Positions 1 through 10,113 of a DNA stretch of 64,000 nt are shown here, piece after piece. Origin of the DNA: Candidatus Methanomethylicia archaeon (GTDB lineage Archaea; Thermoproteota; Methanomethylicia; Culexarchaeales; Culexarchaeaceae). Numbering within the stretch: position 1 is the first letter of the stretch; the number at the start of each line of letters is the position of its first letter. The translations under genes and the position numbers were made by a program. Below the pieces are notes generated by a model. It saw only the letters and a program-made list of their open reading frames with translations. It was not told where the DNA came from and did no database searches. Location of the stretch: contig JAVYVS010000001.1 of NCBI GenBank assembly GCA_038727515.1, forward strand, positions 64,001-128,000. The letters are read 5' to 3'.

Positions 1-4
1 AAAT

Positions 5-542
5 CTTTCAATTCCCTTTGTTGGGTTCAAGCCCCGAGTTTAACGCCATGAATGGCCATTTGATCGCTTTCAATTCCCTTTGTTGGGTTCTGTGGAGAGG
101 AGGAGTTGAGGAGGAGGATTAAAGATTTAATCTTTCAATTCCCTTTGTTGGGTTCGGGGGATAATGTTCGACGTATCATTCGCACTTCAACTTAACTTTC
201 AATTCCCTTTGTTGGGTTCTCCTTGAAAGCCCGCAGAACTATACGCATCTGCTAATATATGCCTTTCAATTCCCTTTGTTGGGTTCTGAATGGAATTGTG
301 GAGAGGATTTTGAAGTCGATATCGCCTTTCAATTCCCTTTGTTGGGTTCGATAACAGTCGTCACAGCAGTTGAGAAGTGGAATGCTGATACTTTCAATTC
401 CCTTTGTTGGGTTCAAAGGTAAGAAAATAATAGGAGTATGAGATTATGGTTAAATTCTTTCAATTCCCTTTGTTGGGTTCTTTGCCATATCTACTAAAAA
501 CAATTAAACCAGAATATACTTTCAATTCCCTTTGTTGGGTTC
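5..542 (-). CRISPR. CRISPR array 1 (leader-proximal part; runs off the left edge), 9 repeats and 8 complete spacers in window
   Basis: Identical CTTTCAATTCCCTTTGTTGGGTTC at 5, 67, 132, 196, 263, 326, 391, 457, 519 with ~38-43 bp unique spacers; leader on the right, so transcribed on the minus strand. Confidence 0.99.
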
Positions 543-747
543 CGATATTATTATTTCTTTTTTCGGCTTTTTAAGGTTTTTCCCATGTTGAATTGTAATA
601 CGATCATGGCACAAATAAAATTTGCATTAAATTAATAATCAAATGTACCAATTCATGATATAGTTCACTATATAGTTATGCGTAAAATATTCGACAATAG
701 ACGTAAAAGATTTCGACAATTTATAGTTCACCACAAGGTAAACTATG
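543..747 (-). promoter_or_regulatory. CRISPR leader 1
   Basis: AT-rich ~205 bp abutting the array, closely similar to 20543-20747 (reverse complement) and 37645-37849. Confidence 0.93.
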
Positions 748-797
748 TGTTGAAAATTTTATTTTTAGGTATGTTATATACATATGTAGGTGAGATT

Positions 798-1337
798 TTG
801 GCTGAGGATGTTTTAAGGGAGATTGAGAATTTAGCGAGGAAGTGTTTTCTCCCTATTGTTGGTCCTAGGAGGGGTCGGATTTTAGTGGATGTTATCCGTG
901 AATTTAAGCCTAAACGTATTTTGGAGATTGGTACTCTTATTGGTTATTCAACTATTTTGATGGGGAAGGAGCTTGATGGTGATGCACATATAATTACTAT
1001 TGAGATTGATCCTGAAGCTGCTGAGAAAGCTGTGGATAATATTAGGAGGGCTGGTATTAAACCTAGGGTTGATGTTTTGGTTGGTGATGCTCTTGAAATC
1101 ATTCCGAAACTTGAGGGTGAGTTTGATCTTGTTTTTATTGATGCTGATAAAGATGAGTATTTGGATTATTTGAAGTTGGTTGAAGGTAAACTTCATAGTG
1201 GTAGTGTTGTAGTTGCAGATAATGTTTTTCATGCACCTTCCTATCTAGATTATGTTAGGCATTCTGGTAAGTATAAGAGTAAATTTATTTCTGCTGGTGG
1301 ACGTTGGGATGGACTTGAAGTCAGTATTAAACTTTGA
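798..1337 (+). CDS. SAM-dependent O-methyltransferase (caffeoyl-CoA OMT/YrrM-like)
   Basis: LEIGTLIGYS and FDLVFIDADK...DN motifs; ORF-track start 678 lies in the CRISPR leader, TTG at 798 follows GGTGAG RBS. Confidence 0.88.
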   Translation: MAEDVLREIENLARKCFLPIVGPRRGRILVDVIREFKPKRILEIGTLIGYSTILMGKELDGDAHIITIEIDPEAAEKAVDNIRRAGIKPRVDVLVGDALEIIPKLEGEFDLVFIDADKDEYLDYLKLVEGKLHSGSVVVADNVFHAPSYLDYVRHSGKYKSKFISAGGRWDGLEVSIKL

Positions 1338-1385
1338 ATTTAATTTTTATAAATTTTGTATTGTATAATTAGTTTTGGTGTATTT

Positions 1386-1829
1386 TTGTCTATTGATGAG
1401 AGTAGATTGGAGTATTTGCTTAGGGGTAAGACTTGGAGTGTTTATTGGCTTCTTTTAAAGACTGGTAGGCCTATGGGTGTTAGGGAAGTTCAGAGGTCTT
1501 TACGTTTTAGTAGTCCTAGTGTTGCTCTTCATCATTTAGAGCGTTTAAGGGAGTTGGGTTTGGTTGGTAAAGATGATGATAGTGGAAACTATTTTCTCAT
1601 TAATGAAGTTAAGATTGGGGTTTTAAGGCATTTTGTAAAATTGGGTAGACTTCTATTTCCAAGATTCTTCTTTTATGCCATCTTTACATCTTCTTCCACA
1701 ATACTATATACATTGTTTTTAATGAGTGGGTTTACCCGTGAAAATCTATTTATCTTAGTTTTCGGTTTAATTGTTTCTTTAATTTTTTGGTATGAAGCTT
1801 TAAGGATTTGGCGTATGAAACCATTTTAA
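1386..1829 (+). CDS. Winged-HTH regulator with two C-terminal transmembrane helices
   Basis: MGVREVQRSLRFSSPSVALHHLERLRELGLV HTH followed by two hydrophobic segments; start at TTG 1386 is estimated. Confidence 0.75.
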   Translation: MSIDESRLEYLLRGKTWSVYWLLLKTGRPMGVREVQRSLRFSSPSVALHHLERLRELGLVGKDDDSGNYFLINEVKIGVLRHFVKLGRLLFPRFFFYAIFTSSSTILYTLFLMSGFTRENLFILVFGLIVSLIFWYEALRIWRMKPF

Positions 1830-1862
1830 TGATTGTTCTAAATTTTAGAACATCTTGTTCTT

Positions 1863-3716
1863 TTGTATAGTATAATATTCTTCAAATGGTTAATTTATTT
1901 GGTGTTGATTTTGGATGTTGAAGTTAAAAGGAAGAGTATTATTTATGGTTTTCTAGCATTTCTATTTGCCATTCTCATTTCAGGTTTTTGTTTTAAATTT
2001 GGTATTCAACCAATATATAATCTATATTCTCCAGATATCTGTAGATTCTCTAGTTATGAGGAATTGGAGAAATTTTTAAAGGTGAATTTATCTTTTTCAA
2101 GTAATTTTAGCAGTAGATATTTAATTGAATTTTCTAGGGGTGGTGAAATTAGTATTTTAAGTGAGGGTAAAATTGTTCCTGCTCATTCAACAACTAATGT
2201 TCAAGTTGCTGGTGTTGATGAAGCTGATATTGTTAAAACTGATGGTGAATATCTGTATATTGTTTCTGATGGTAATATCTATATTGTTAGAGGTTATCCA
2301 CCTAATAAGATTGAGGTAATTTCAAAATTATCTTTTAATAGAACTTATAATTTACAGATTTATGTTTCTGGTAATAGACTTATTGTTTTAGGTTGTATTA
2401 AACCTCAATATATTATTTATAAGAGTTTGATTATGCCAATTCCAAATCGTATTGAAAGTATGGTTTTCATTTATGATATTTCAGATAGGGGGAATCCAAT
2501 ATTAAAGAGGAGTTTAGTTTTTAATGGTACAATTTTAAGTTCTAGGATGATTAATGATTATGTTTATATTGTTTTGAATAATCCCGCGTTGGAGTTTGTT
2601 GATGGAGGTTTTAGAATTCTTATACCAATGATTTCAATTAATGGTTTTACTAAAGTTGTTGAAGCTAATAGGATATGGTATGTTAATAGTTCAGATGTAT
2701 TCTATTATTTTACTATGGTTGGTTCAATTAATGTCTTCAATGATTTTGAAGATCCTTCTTATGAAGTATTTCTTGTGGGTGCAACTTCATGTATATATGT
2801 TTCACATGATAATCTATATTTAACCATTCCAAACACTAAGCTTTGGATTAAATCTTTAAATCCATTTAATAAACATGAAACATTCATTTATAGAATTGAA
2901 TTGAAGGGTGGTAGGATTAGTTTAAAGGCTAAGGGTATTGTTCAAGGTTATGTATTAAATCAATTTAGTATGGATGAATACAATGGTTTTCTTAGAGTTG
3001 CAACAACTACATGGGAGGATTCCACTTCTAAAAATAATGTCTTTGTATTGGATATGAATTTAAATGTTATTGGTAGATTATTGGATCTTGCTCCTGGGGA
3101 ACGTATATATTCAGCTAGATTTATGGGTGATAGATGTTATCTTGTAACCTTTAGACAAGTAGACCCATTTTTCGTAGTAGATTTAAGTGATCCTAGGAAT
3201 CCAAAGGTTTTAGGATTTCTAAAGATTCCTGGATTCTCCAGTTATCTACATCCATATGATGAGAATCATATAATTGGGATTGGAATGGAGGATGGTAAAG
3301 TTAAATTATCATTATTCGATGTTTCAAATGTTGCTAAACCAGTGGAGCTGTCAAAGTATGTTTTTGAGGGTGAATCTTCCAGTACACTTGTGTTGCAAGA
3401 TCATAAGGCATTTCTATTTGATAAATCAATGAAGTTATTAGCTCTTCCAGTATCAATATCCTTTATAAATGGTAGTAAAGGTGGATACGTTAGAAGTTAT
3501 TGGCAGGGATTATATGTTTTCCAATTGGATTTAGAAGCTGGATTTATTTTGAGGGGTAGAATAACCCATCAAAATAATGTTTATGATTTGAGTAGTAAAT
3601 ATTTTGTGAAGAGAGCTCTGTATATTGGAGAATTTCTCTATACTATTTCTGATGGTAAGGTTGCTGTAAACAATTTAAGTGATTTAAAGGTTGTTGGTGA
3701 ACTATTTTTAATTTAA
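1863..3716 (+). CDS. Membrane-anchored/secreted beta-propeller domain protein (Beta_propel family)
   Basis: STTNVQVAGVDEADIVKTDG, NQFSMDEY, GERIYSARF, VTFRQVDP, LKIPGFSSYLHP motifs; N-terminal hydrophobic anchor. Confidence 0.88.
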   Translation: MYSIIFFKWLIYLVLILDVEVKRKSIIYGFLAFLFAILISGFCFKFGIQPIYNLYSPDICRFSSYEELEKFLKVNLSFSSNFSSRYLIEFSRGGEISILSEGKIVPAHSTTNVQVAGVDEADIVKTDGEYLYIVSDGNIYIVRGYPPNKIEVISKLSFNRTYNLQIYVSGNRLIVLGCIKPQYIIYKSLIMPIPNRIESMVFIYDISDRGNPILKRSLVFNGTILSSRMINDYVYIVLNNPALEFVDGGFRILIPMISINGFTKVVEANRIWYVNSSDVFYYFTMVGSINVFNDFEDPSYEVFLVGATSCIYVSHDNLYLTIPNTKLWIKSLNPFNKHETFIYRIELKGGRISLKAKGIVQGYVLNQFSMDEYNGFLRVATTTWEDSTSKNNVFVLDMNLNVIGRLLDLAPGERIYSARFMGDRCYLVTFRQVDPFFVVDLSDPRNPKVLGFLKIPGFSSYLHPYDENHIIGIGMEDGKVKLSLFDVSNVAKPVELSKYVFEGESSSTLVLQDHKAFLFDKSMKLLALPVSISFINGSKGGYVRSYWQGLYVFQLDLEAGFILRGRITHQNNVYDLSSKYFVKRALYIGEFLYTISDGKVAVNNLSDLKVVGELFLI

Positions 3717-3799
3717 ATCTAGATTTCCCTATTCCCGTCATCTTTGTCATTCACAATAGAAATCTATATTAATTTTTCGTATTAAATTGAGGTTTAGTT

Positions 3800-5251
3800 T
3801 TGGTGGTTTTGTTGAAAGGTGTTGATGATCGTAGGATTTTAAGTGTTCTTTCAGTTACAACTCTTGCTGCTCTACTTACTGGTTTAAATGCTAGATTAGC
3901 TGTTGTTGGTTTACCTATTATTGCAAGTGAATTGAATGCGAATGTTGATACTATTTTGTGGATTGTTCAAGGTTATATGATTGGTTCAACTATTATTCAA
4001 TTGATTGTTGGTAGGCTTTCTGATATTTATGGTAGAGTTAGATTGTTTAATTTGGGTTTTCTAATATTTATAGCTGCTGCTATAATTGCTGGTTTCTCTC
4101 CTAATCCTATTGTTTTGATTTTATCTAGGATTATTCAAGGTGTTGGTGGAGCTTTCCTCATGACCTTAAGTATAACTATTTTAACCGATAATATTCCTAG
4201 GGGTAGATTGGCCACTTGGCTTGGTGTTAATCAAGTTGCTTGGAGAATTGGCGCTATTATGGGGCTTTCACTTAGTGGTTTCATCATAGATTTATTGGGT
4301 TGGAGGTGGCTTTACCTCTCATATGTCCCCATAGGTTTCATCTTTTACTTATGGGGTGTAAAAACTTTGAAGGAAGTTTATAAGCCTATTGAAAATCCTT
4401 ATATTGATAAGATTGGTTTCATATTGTTCACATCTTTCCTCTCTACACTTTTAATTTCATTGACGCTATTCACCTTTGGATCTACATATATTTATTATGC
4501 ATATACACTCTTACTTGTATCAATGATATTTTTGGGTTTATTTGTTTATTGGGAGTTTAAAATTCCATTTCCAGCTTTAGATTTCTCCCTCTTTAAAATT
4601 TGGCAGTTTACTGGTGGAATAATTTCTCAAATGCTATATTCCGTTGGGTTTGGTGCTTCTTCAACATTATTGGTTTTGTATCTTGAGGTTGTGAGAAGGT
4701 TTTCTGCTACTTGGACTGGTATAGCGATAACCCCATTTGAATTTTCATATTTATTGTTTGGTTTGCTTGGTGGTAGACTTTCTGATAGATTTGGATATGT
4801 TAAGATAACTGTGATTGGTTTATCTGCTTCTTCCATTGCATTTTATCTTTTTTCCACTATGAATATGGAAACTGACCTCAATCTAGTGGTATTATATCAA
4901 GTATTGTTTGGTTTTGGAGCTGGATTATTTGTAGCTCCAAATACAAGTTCAATTATGACTTCTGTATCTCAAAGTAAGAGGGGTGTGGCTTCTGCAATTA
5001 GATCAATATCCTTCAATATTGGTTTCCTATTGAGTTTAAATCTTGCTATAATTTCCATGGTTCAATACGTACCATATGATGTAGCGTCAAAATTGATAGT
5101 GGCTAAAGGTTTATCTTCTGGTAGTGGTGGGTACACCCTCCTTGATTTAGCAAATGCCATTTCAAAATCCTTCTTAATACAAGCTATAGCCATGGCTTCT
5201 GCAATACCTTTCTCATTGTCTAGAGGTTTAAAGATCAATGGAAAATTGTAA
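3800..5251 (+). CDS. MFS transporter, DHA2 (EmrB/QacA-like)
   Basis: Many TM helices; GRLSDIYGR and GRLSDRFG motif A; RIIQGVGGA. Confidence 0.9.
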   Translation: MVVLLKGVDDRRILSVLSVTTLAALLTGLNARLAVVGLPIIASELNANVDTILWIVQGYMIGSTIIQLIVGRLSDIYGRVRLFNLGFLIFIAAAIIAGFSPNPIVLILSRIIQGVGGAFLMTLSITILTDNIPRGRLATWLGVNQVAWRIGAIMGLSLSGFIIDLLGWRWLYLSYVPIGFIFYLWGVKTLKEVYKPIENPYIDKIGFILFTSFLSTLLISLTLFTFGSTYIYYAYTLLLVSMIFLGLFVYWEFKIPFPALDFSLFKIWQFTGGIISQMLYSVGFGASSTLLVLYLEVVRRFSATWTGIAITPFEFSYLLFGLLGGRLSDRFGYVKITVIGLSASSIAFYLFSTMNMETDLNLVVLYQVLFGFGAGLFVAPNTSSIMTSVSQSKRGVASAIRSISFNIGFLLSLNLAIISMVQYVPYDVASKLIVAKGLSSGSGGYTLLDLANAISKSFLIQAIAMASAIPFSLSRGLKINGKL

Positions 5252-5297
5252 ATGTTTTTGAGTAATCTTTATTTGTATTCTATTTAGAATTATTCTT

Positions 5298-6530
5298 GTG
5301 AGAATTATTCCTAGAGGAATTGAACTGGAACTTATAGAGAAATCTGGTCCTTGGAAGATGATTTATGGGAGGAGGAAGACTGGTAAATCCTTTCTCGTGG
5401 AAAACTTCTTGAAGTATGATAGATTCTTCTTTGTTAATAGAGATTCAACTGTTATGGATAAATTTTCCATGGAGAAGTATAATTGGAATGAATTTCTCAA
5501 AGTTTTTAGAGAGCTTCTTGGGGTTAAGAAGATTGTTATAGATGAATTTCATCGTTTACCAAGTGAATTCCTAGATTTCCTACACTCCATGGGTTCTAGG
5601 GGTGAATTAATATTAATTACATCTACACTTTGGCTTGCTAAGAAGCTTCTTGGTGAAGGTTCACCTTTAATTGGACTTGTATATCCCATAAAAATTGGAT
5701 TAATTGATGAAAGAGATTTAATAAAAAGTTTATCTAGTGAATTTAGTGGTAAAGAGCTTATTGAAGTATGTGTTTATTTAAGGGAGCCATTCTTAATACC
5801 AAATTTTAAACCGCCTCTACGTGAATTTCTAACTAACTTCCTCTATGAAAATAAATATTTCCTTAAGAATTTGATTGGAGAGATATTTAGTGAAGAAGAG
5901 AGGGAGCTTACCAATGTTTATGATGTTATTCTTAGAGCTATATCTAATGGTAGGAATGTGAGTACAGAGATTTCAACAACCCTATTCTCTAGGGGGTTGA
6001 TTGTTAAGGATAATCCAGGTGTTGTACAAAAATATTTAGATATACTTACCGATATGGGGATTATTGAGAAATTTAAGGTTTATGGTAAAAGGAAATTCAA
6101 GTATATGCATATATCCCCATTACTGGATTTACACTTCTATCTTGAGGAGAAGTATTCTTATGTTGAGGTGGATACACCATTAAAATTCATTAAAAACGTT
6201 GTTGAAATTAAAATTCCAATTCATGTGGAGCAATTCTTTAGAAGTTTACTATCGAAAATCTTTGGATTACAACCACAATTAATAGAAGAGAAGGATTTTG
6301 AATTGGATTTAGCTTTATTCAAATTCAATGATTTAGAGTTAATTGGAGAAGTTAAATGGAGGGATTATGTAAGTGTGGGAGAAGTTAAATCAATTGAAGA
6401 TAAAATGGGTAGGTTTAAAGGTGTTAAGAAGATTTTGATTGTACCAAATGAAAAAGTTTTGGAGAAAGTTCCAGAGGGAATCGAGGTTTGGGATGTGGAT
6501 ACTCTACTTAGATTTGTATTGGAGGGTTGA
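5298..6530 (+). CDS. Archaeal AAA+ ATPase with C-terminal PD-(D/E)XK-like domain
   Basis: Walker A YGRRKTGKS, Walker B IVIDEFH, C-terminal ELDL...GEVKW. Confidence 0.85.
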   Translation: MRIIPRGIELELIEKSGPWKMIYGRRKTGKSFLVENFLKYDRFFFVNRDSTVMDKFSMEKYNWNEFLKVFRELLGVKKIVIDEFHRLPSEFLDFLHSMGSRGELILITSTLWLAKKLLGEGSPLIGLVYPIKIGLIDERDLIKSLSSEFSGKELIEVCVYLREPFLIPNFKPPLREFLTNFLYENKYFLKNLIGEIFSEEERELTNVYDVILRAISNGRNVSTEISTTLFSRGLIVKDNPGVVQKYLDILTDMGIIEKFKVYGKRKFKYMHISPLLDLHFYLEEKYSYVEVDTPLKFIKNVVEIKIPIHVEQFFRSLLSKIFGLQPQLIEEKDFELDLALFKFNDLELIGEVKWRDYVSVGEVKSIEDKMGRFKGVKKILIVPNEKVLEKVPEGIEVWDVDTLLRFVLEG

Positions 6531-6532
6531 AT

Positions 6533-7846
6533 CTATTGAATGAGGTATAACTGTTCTTGTCTTCCATGTAGCCAATATGGTTTTCCATTGGTAAAGACTA
6601 TATCATCTTCCAATGCCATTCTAATCTCCATATCACCCCACTCTGGAATTTTATGGTATGTACATAGTTCTATGGAGAAACATGTATCTTCAATAACTTC
6701 ATAATCCCCTCTTCCAGGTATGCCTTCTTGATTATCCCATAAACCTATGATTGGCCCTGCCCCATGACCATGAAATCCAAGTGGATGTGTATATATCCTA
6801 CCCTTAATCCCCTCTCTACAAGCTTTCTCCAATGCTGATTTCAATATTTGATTTCCAGTTCTACCAATTTCAAATTCCTCCAACAATATATCTTGTAGTC
6901 TATTTGTTGTTTTTAGAGCGTTTTCAATGGATTTAGGAGCATCTGTTTCCCCTATTTTAAGTATGTATGCATTGTGTTGTGTATCTGTACATAGGTTTAA
7001 ATATCTTATCCCCACATCACAATGTAGCAAGTCTCCAGGCATAATCTTCTTTCTAATATTCCCACGTTGAACTCCAAAGTTTTGTGGTGGATTATCTGGT
7101 GCTTGAATATCTACTGTTGGTTGAAACCATGCTTCTAAACCTAAATCCAATATTGTTTGCCTCATCCACCAAACCACATCTTCAGTGGTTGTTACTCCAG
7201 GGTGAATAACATTGTTTGAAAATGCTTCTCTAATAATGGTATGCGCTATTCCCACTATACCTGGATATACATCTATTTCTGGTTTAATCCTCTTCTCAAG
7301 CCATTGAACAATAAGTCTCTCAGCACTTTTAACGCGATTCATGTAATCTCCTAAAGCTCTACTTATTAAGTTGTATTCAGTGTAGGTTAAACCATCTGCA
7401 TGTTGAAAGTTTTCAGAGAAGTTTAATCCTATGGTTTTTGGATCTCTTTCTCTAACGATTCTAGTTAAACATGTAAATTGATCTTCTTTTTCAGGGTCCC
7501 ATACAGCTTCATAGAATCCTTCAATTCCATAACGTGAGAGAACAAGTTTCTCTAAATTTCCATCTCTTCTAAGTGTAAATACTAGTATAGTCCTCCTCCT
7601 AGCTGAAAGCATTGTTGAAGGTAGTAGTGAAAACATTACTGGATCTTCATTATATTCCCTTCCATCCACAATCCACATATCAAATCCTTCTTTCAACATT
7701 AATTCTGGTAGGAGTTTATCTAGTCTCTCCTTCAACCATTCATCAACGATTTTCGCTCTCTCTTTTAAGGGTAGAATCTTATTTTTAATGGAATTTAATC
7801 CACAAAATCCCTCAACCAATACTTCCACCAATAAGATTATTTCCAA
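6533..7846 (-). CDS. M24 family metallopeptidase (Xaa-Pro aminopeptidase-like)
   Basis: GDLLHCDVG...TDTQ, THPLGFHGHGAG, FSIE, LEDD metal-ligand motifs; true start may be slightly downstream. Confidence 0.88.
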   Translation of the reverse strand: MEIILLVEVLVEGFCGLNSIKNKILPLKERAKIVDEWLKERLDKLLPELMLKEGFDMWIVDGREYNEDPVMFSLLPSTMLSARRRTILVFTLRRDGNLEKLVLSRYGIEGFYEAVWDPEKEDQFTCLTRIVRERDPKTIGLNFSENFQHADGLTYTEYNLISRALGDYMNRVKSAERLIVQWLEKRIKPEIDVYPGIVGIAHTIIREAFSNNVIHPGVTTTEDVVWWMRQTILDLGLEAWFQPTVDIQAPDNPPQNFGVQRGNIRKKIMPGDLLHCDVGIRYLNLCTDTQHNAYILKIGETDAPKSIENALKTTNRLQDILLEEFEIGRTGNQILKSALEKACREGIKGRIYTHPLGFHGHGAGPIIGLWDNQEGIPGRGDYEVIEDTCFSIELCTYHKIPEWGDMEIRMALEDDIVFTNGKPYWLHGRQEQLYLIQ

Positions 7847-7852
7847 AAACCT

Positions 7853-8461
7853 TTAATGCTTTTCCAATTCACTTTTAACTTCATTTATAAGTTTTATTGC
7901 TTTCTCTATCTCTCCCCTAAGTTTAATGTTATATAATGCTGCAGCTGGATGATATGATGCTATCACATATACATTCATCCCCAAAAATTTTGCCCTATAT
8001 ATTTTACCTTGAACTTCACTTATAGATGTAAACTTTATCCCAGCTTTTGAAAATATGTATGATGTTGAATGTCTACCTAAAGTTACAATTATCTCTGGTT
8101 TTATCAAGTTTAATTGTCTATCTAGGTATGTATGACATGCTTCTATCTCTCTTTCATTTGGATCTCTATTTTCAGGAGGTCTACATTTAACTATATTGGT
8201 TATATAGACTTCACTCCTCTTAATTCCAGCTTTACCTAGGATTTCATCCAATAGTTTTCCAGCTGCACCAACAAAAGGTAAACCTTTCACATCCTCCCAA
8301 TATCCGGGTGCTTCACCAATAAATACTATAGATGCATTAATATTTCCATCACCTAAAACTGGATTTCTACGATGCCTCCATAAATCGCACTTCCTACAAT
8401 TCTTTACTTCAAGTCTCAATTTCTCCATAGCTTCAAAATTCTGTGATTTTTCCAAAGACAT
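7853..8461 (-). CDS. udg: Uracil-DNA glycosylase, family 4 ([4Fe-4S])
   Basis: CxxC, GEAPG, PFVGAAG, TNIVKCRPPENR, YHPAAALY. Confidence 0.95.
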   Translation of the reverse strand: MSLEKSQNFEAMEKLRLEVKNCRKCDLWRHRRNPVLGDGNINASIVFIGEAPGYWEDVKGLPFVGAAGKLLDEILGKAGIKRSEVYITNIVKCRPPENRDPNEREIEACHTYLDRQLNLIKPEIIVTLGRHSTSYIFSKAGIKFTSISEVQGKIYRAKFLGMNVYVIASYHPAAALYNIKLRGEIEKAIKLINEVKSELEKH

Positions 8462-8537
8462 TTAACCAAATATACTTGGGTTTAACCCTAAAATTAATTT
8501 TCCCCTTAATTCTATAAATTAATCTTTAAATTTAACT

Positions 8538-9647
8538 TCACTCAATACTCTCAATATCTTCTTCTTGAACTAGTTTTTCATGTAGTATTGTGGTTATAGC
8601 TGTTATTGCTGATGCTAATGCATAGTCTGTTGATATAACTATTCCTGGTGCTATATCTAGTACGTAATTGGCAAATCTAAATAATCCAGTTGGAATTCCT
8701 TCTCTAGCTCCCACCATTAGGTTTATATTCCTCCCCCTTTTCACATTCTCCAAGATGAAATCAGCTACTTCACCACTTATCTTTGATATAGGTTCACCTT
8801 CAGGTTCAAATATTATTATTGGTTGATTTATCTTTGATCTAATGAATTGATACATATCTTGTATTTGAACTTGAGTTTTATGTACTTCTCTACCATAATT
8901 CCTCTTTTGAATCTTATATCTAGATTCTATACCTTCAAAAAGACCCTTTAAAAAGTGGTAGAATGGTTGTGCATCAACTATTGATATTGGAGCTATAATC
9001 AATCTCCCAACTTCATATGTTTGAACCTCCCTTCCAATCCTAGTACCCATAACATATGATGCATCTATAGGCCCTAGATAAGGTTCATGTGCAATTACAA
9101 ACTTCCTAAAAACCTTATACATTGGATATTTATACGGCTTCATCTTCCTATGAAATTCAGATCCTGAAACCATTGATAGATATGCATAACCATTAATTAT
9201 TTGTACCACTAAAACTTTATCTGGATTCTCCAAATCTACTTTAGCATTAGTTAACTTCTTTAATTCACTCCCAACAGCTATATTTACATCCATCGATTTA
9301 AAATCATGTCTACCTCTCCTAACAGTTGAAACTGCAAATTTATCTTCACATGATATTCTTTCAGAAAAACTCTTTGAACATTCAATTATCCCATCCAATT
9401 TAGCTTCACAAATTTTCTCCACAAGAAAAACTTTCTCAACTTCTGGAATCCTCTTTTTCACTTCTTCAAACAATTTATTCTTATCACTTGCATATGCAAC
9501 TAAAACCAATCCTGGAAATCCCTGTGGAGATGAAAGCACTTGAGCATTTACATCTAAATCCCTAACATAAGACTCCACAATCTTCTCCATCCCAAGCTTA
9601 CAAGTTATTATTAAATCAACCTTATCATAAGCAAACAGTTTCATCAA
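8538..9647 (-). CDS. THUMP-domain SPOUT-family RNA methyltransferase
   Basis: THUMP (FAVSTVRRGRHDFKS...VDLENPD) plus SPOUT knot (VGAREGIP...DIAPG). Confidence 0.82.
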   Translation of the reverse strand: MMKLFAYDKVDLIITCKLGMEKIVESYVRDLDVNAQVLSSPQGFPGLVLVAYASDKNKLFEEVKKRIPEVEKVFLVEKICEAKLDGIIECSKSFSERISCEDKFAVSTVRRGRHDFKSMDVNIAVGSELKKLTNAKVDLENPDKVLVVQIINGYAYLSMVSGSEFHRKMKPYKYPMYKVFRKFVIAHEPYLGPIDASYVMGTRIGREVQTYEVGRLIIAPISIVDAQPFYHFLKGLFEGIESRYKIQKRNYGREVHKTQVQIQDMYQFIRSKINQPIIIFEPEGEPISKISGEVADFILENVKRGRNINLMVGAREGIPTGLFRFANYVLDIAPGIVISTDYALASAITAITTILHEKLVQEEDIESIE

Positions 9648-9684
9648 CCCCCAATTATAATTTAATTAAACCATGAAATTATGT

Positions 9685-9831
9685 TTAATGCAATACTTTA
9701 ATAATATGGTAATGTGTTTCAACTCCACTTGAACTTGTAAATGCAGCTCCAACTTTACCTTCAAGTTTCTCATGTACTTCAATAGATCTATCAATTAAAT
9801 TCTTAAGTTTGCTGGGCATTTTACCATAGTA
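9685..9831 (-). pseudogene. Fragment of a WrbA/flavodoxin-family gene
   Basis: Manual translation YYGKMPSKLKNLIDRSIEVHEKLEGKVGAAFTSS; no N- or C-terminus. Confidence 0.7.
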
Positions 9832-10113
9832 TTTTATTATAAAGCTTCCACGTATACATCAAAATATTATTTGGTATTTAAGATGAAGCTTTATTGTATT
9901 AGTGGGTTTACTTCAATGATTTCATCTTCCCTTATGAATCTTCTATATCAAGCTTCAAATAATTTTGGTGTTATATTACATCACAATAGTTGGACATAGC
10001 AATTTACAGGGAGCTATTCAAGAAGCAGCATCAAAATTACGGATTTCAATGTTATTTTGGGATATACTTTGCTTTTCTACTTATACATAGACTTATAGTG
10101 GAGTTTATGAAAC

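Noticed and set aside
678-797. Shared peptide MRKIFDNRRKRFRQ at the start of ORFs 678 and 37781
   Set aside because: It is translated CRISPR leader sequence; leader 2 has ACG instead of ATG, so it is not a conserved peptide
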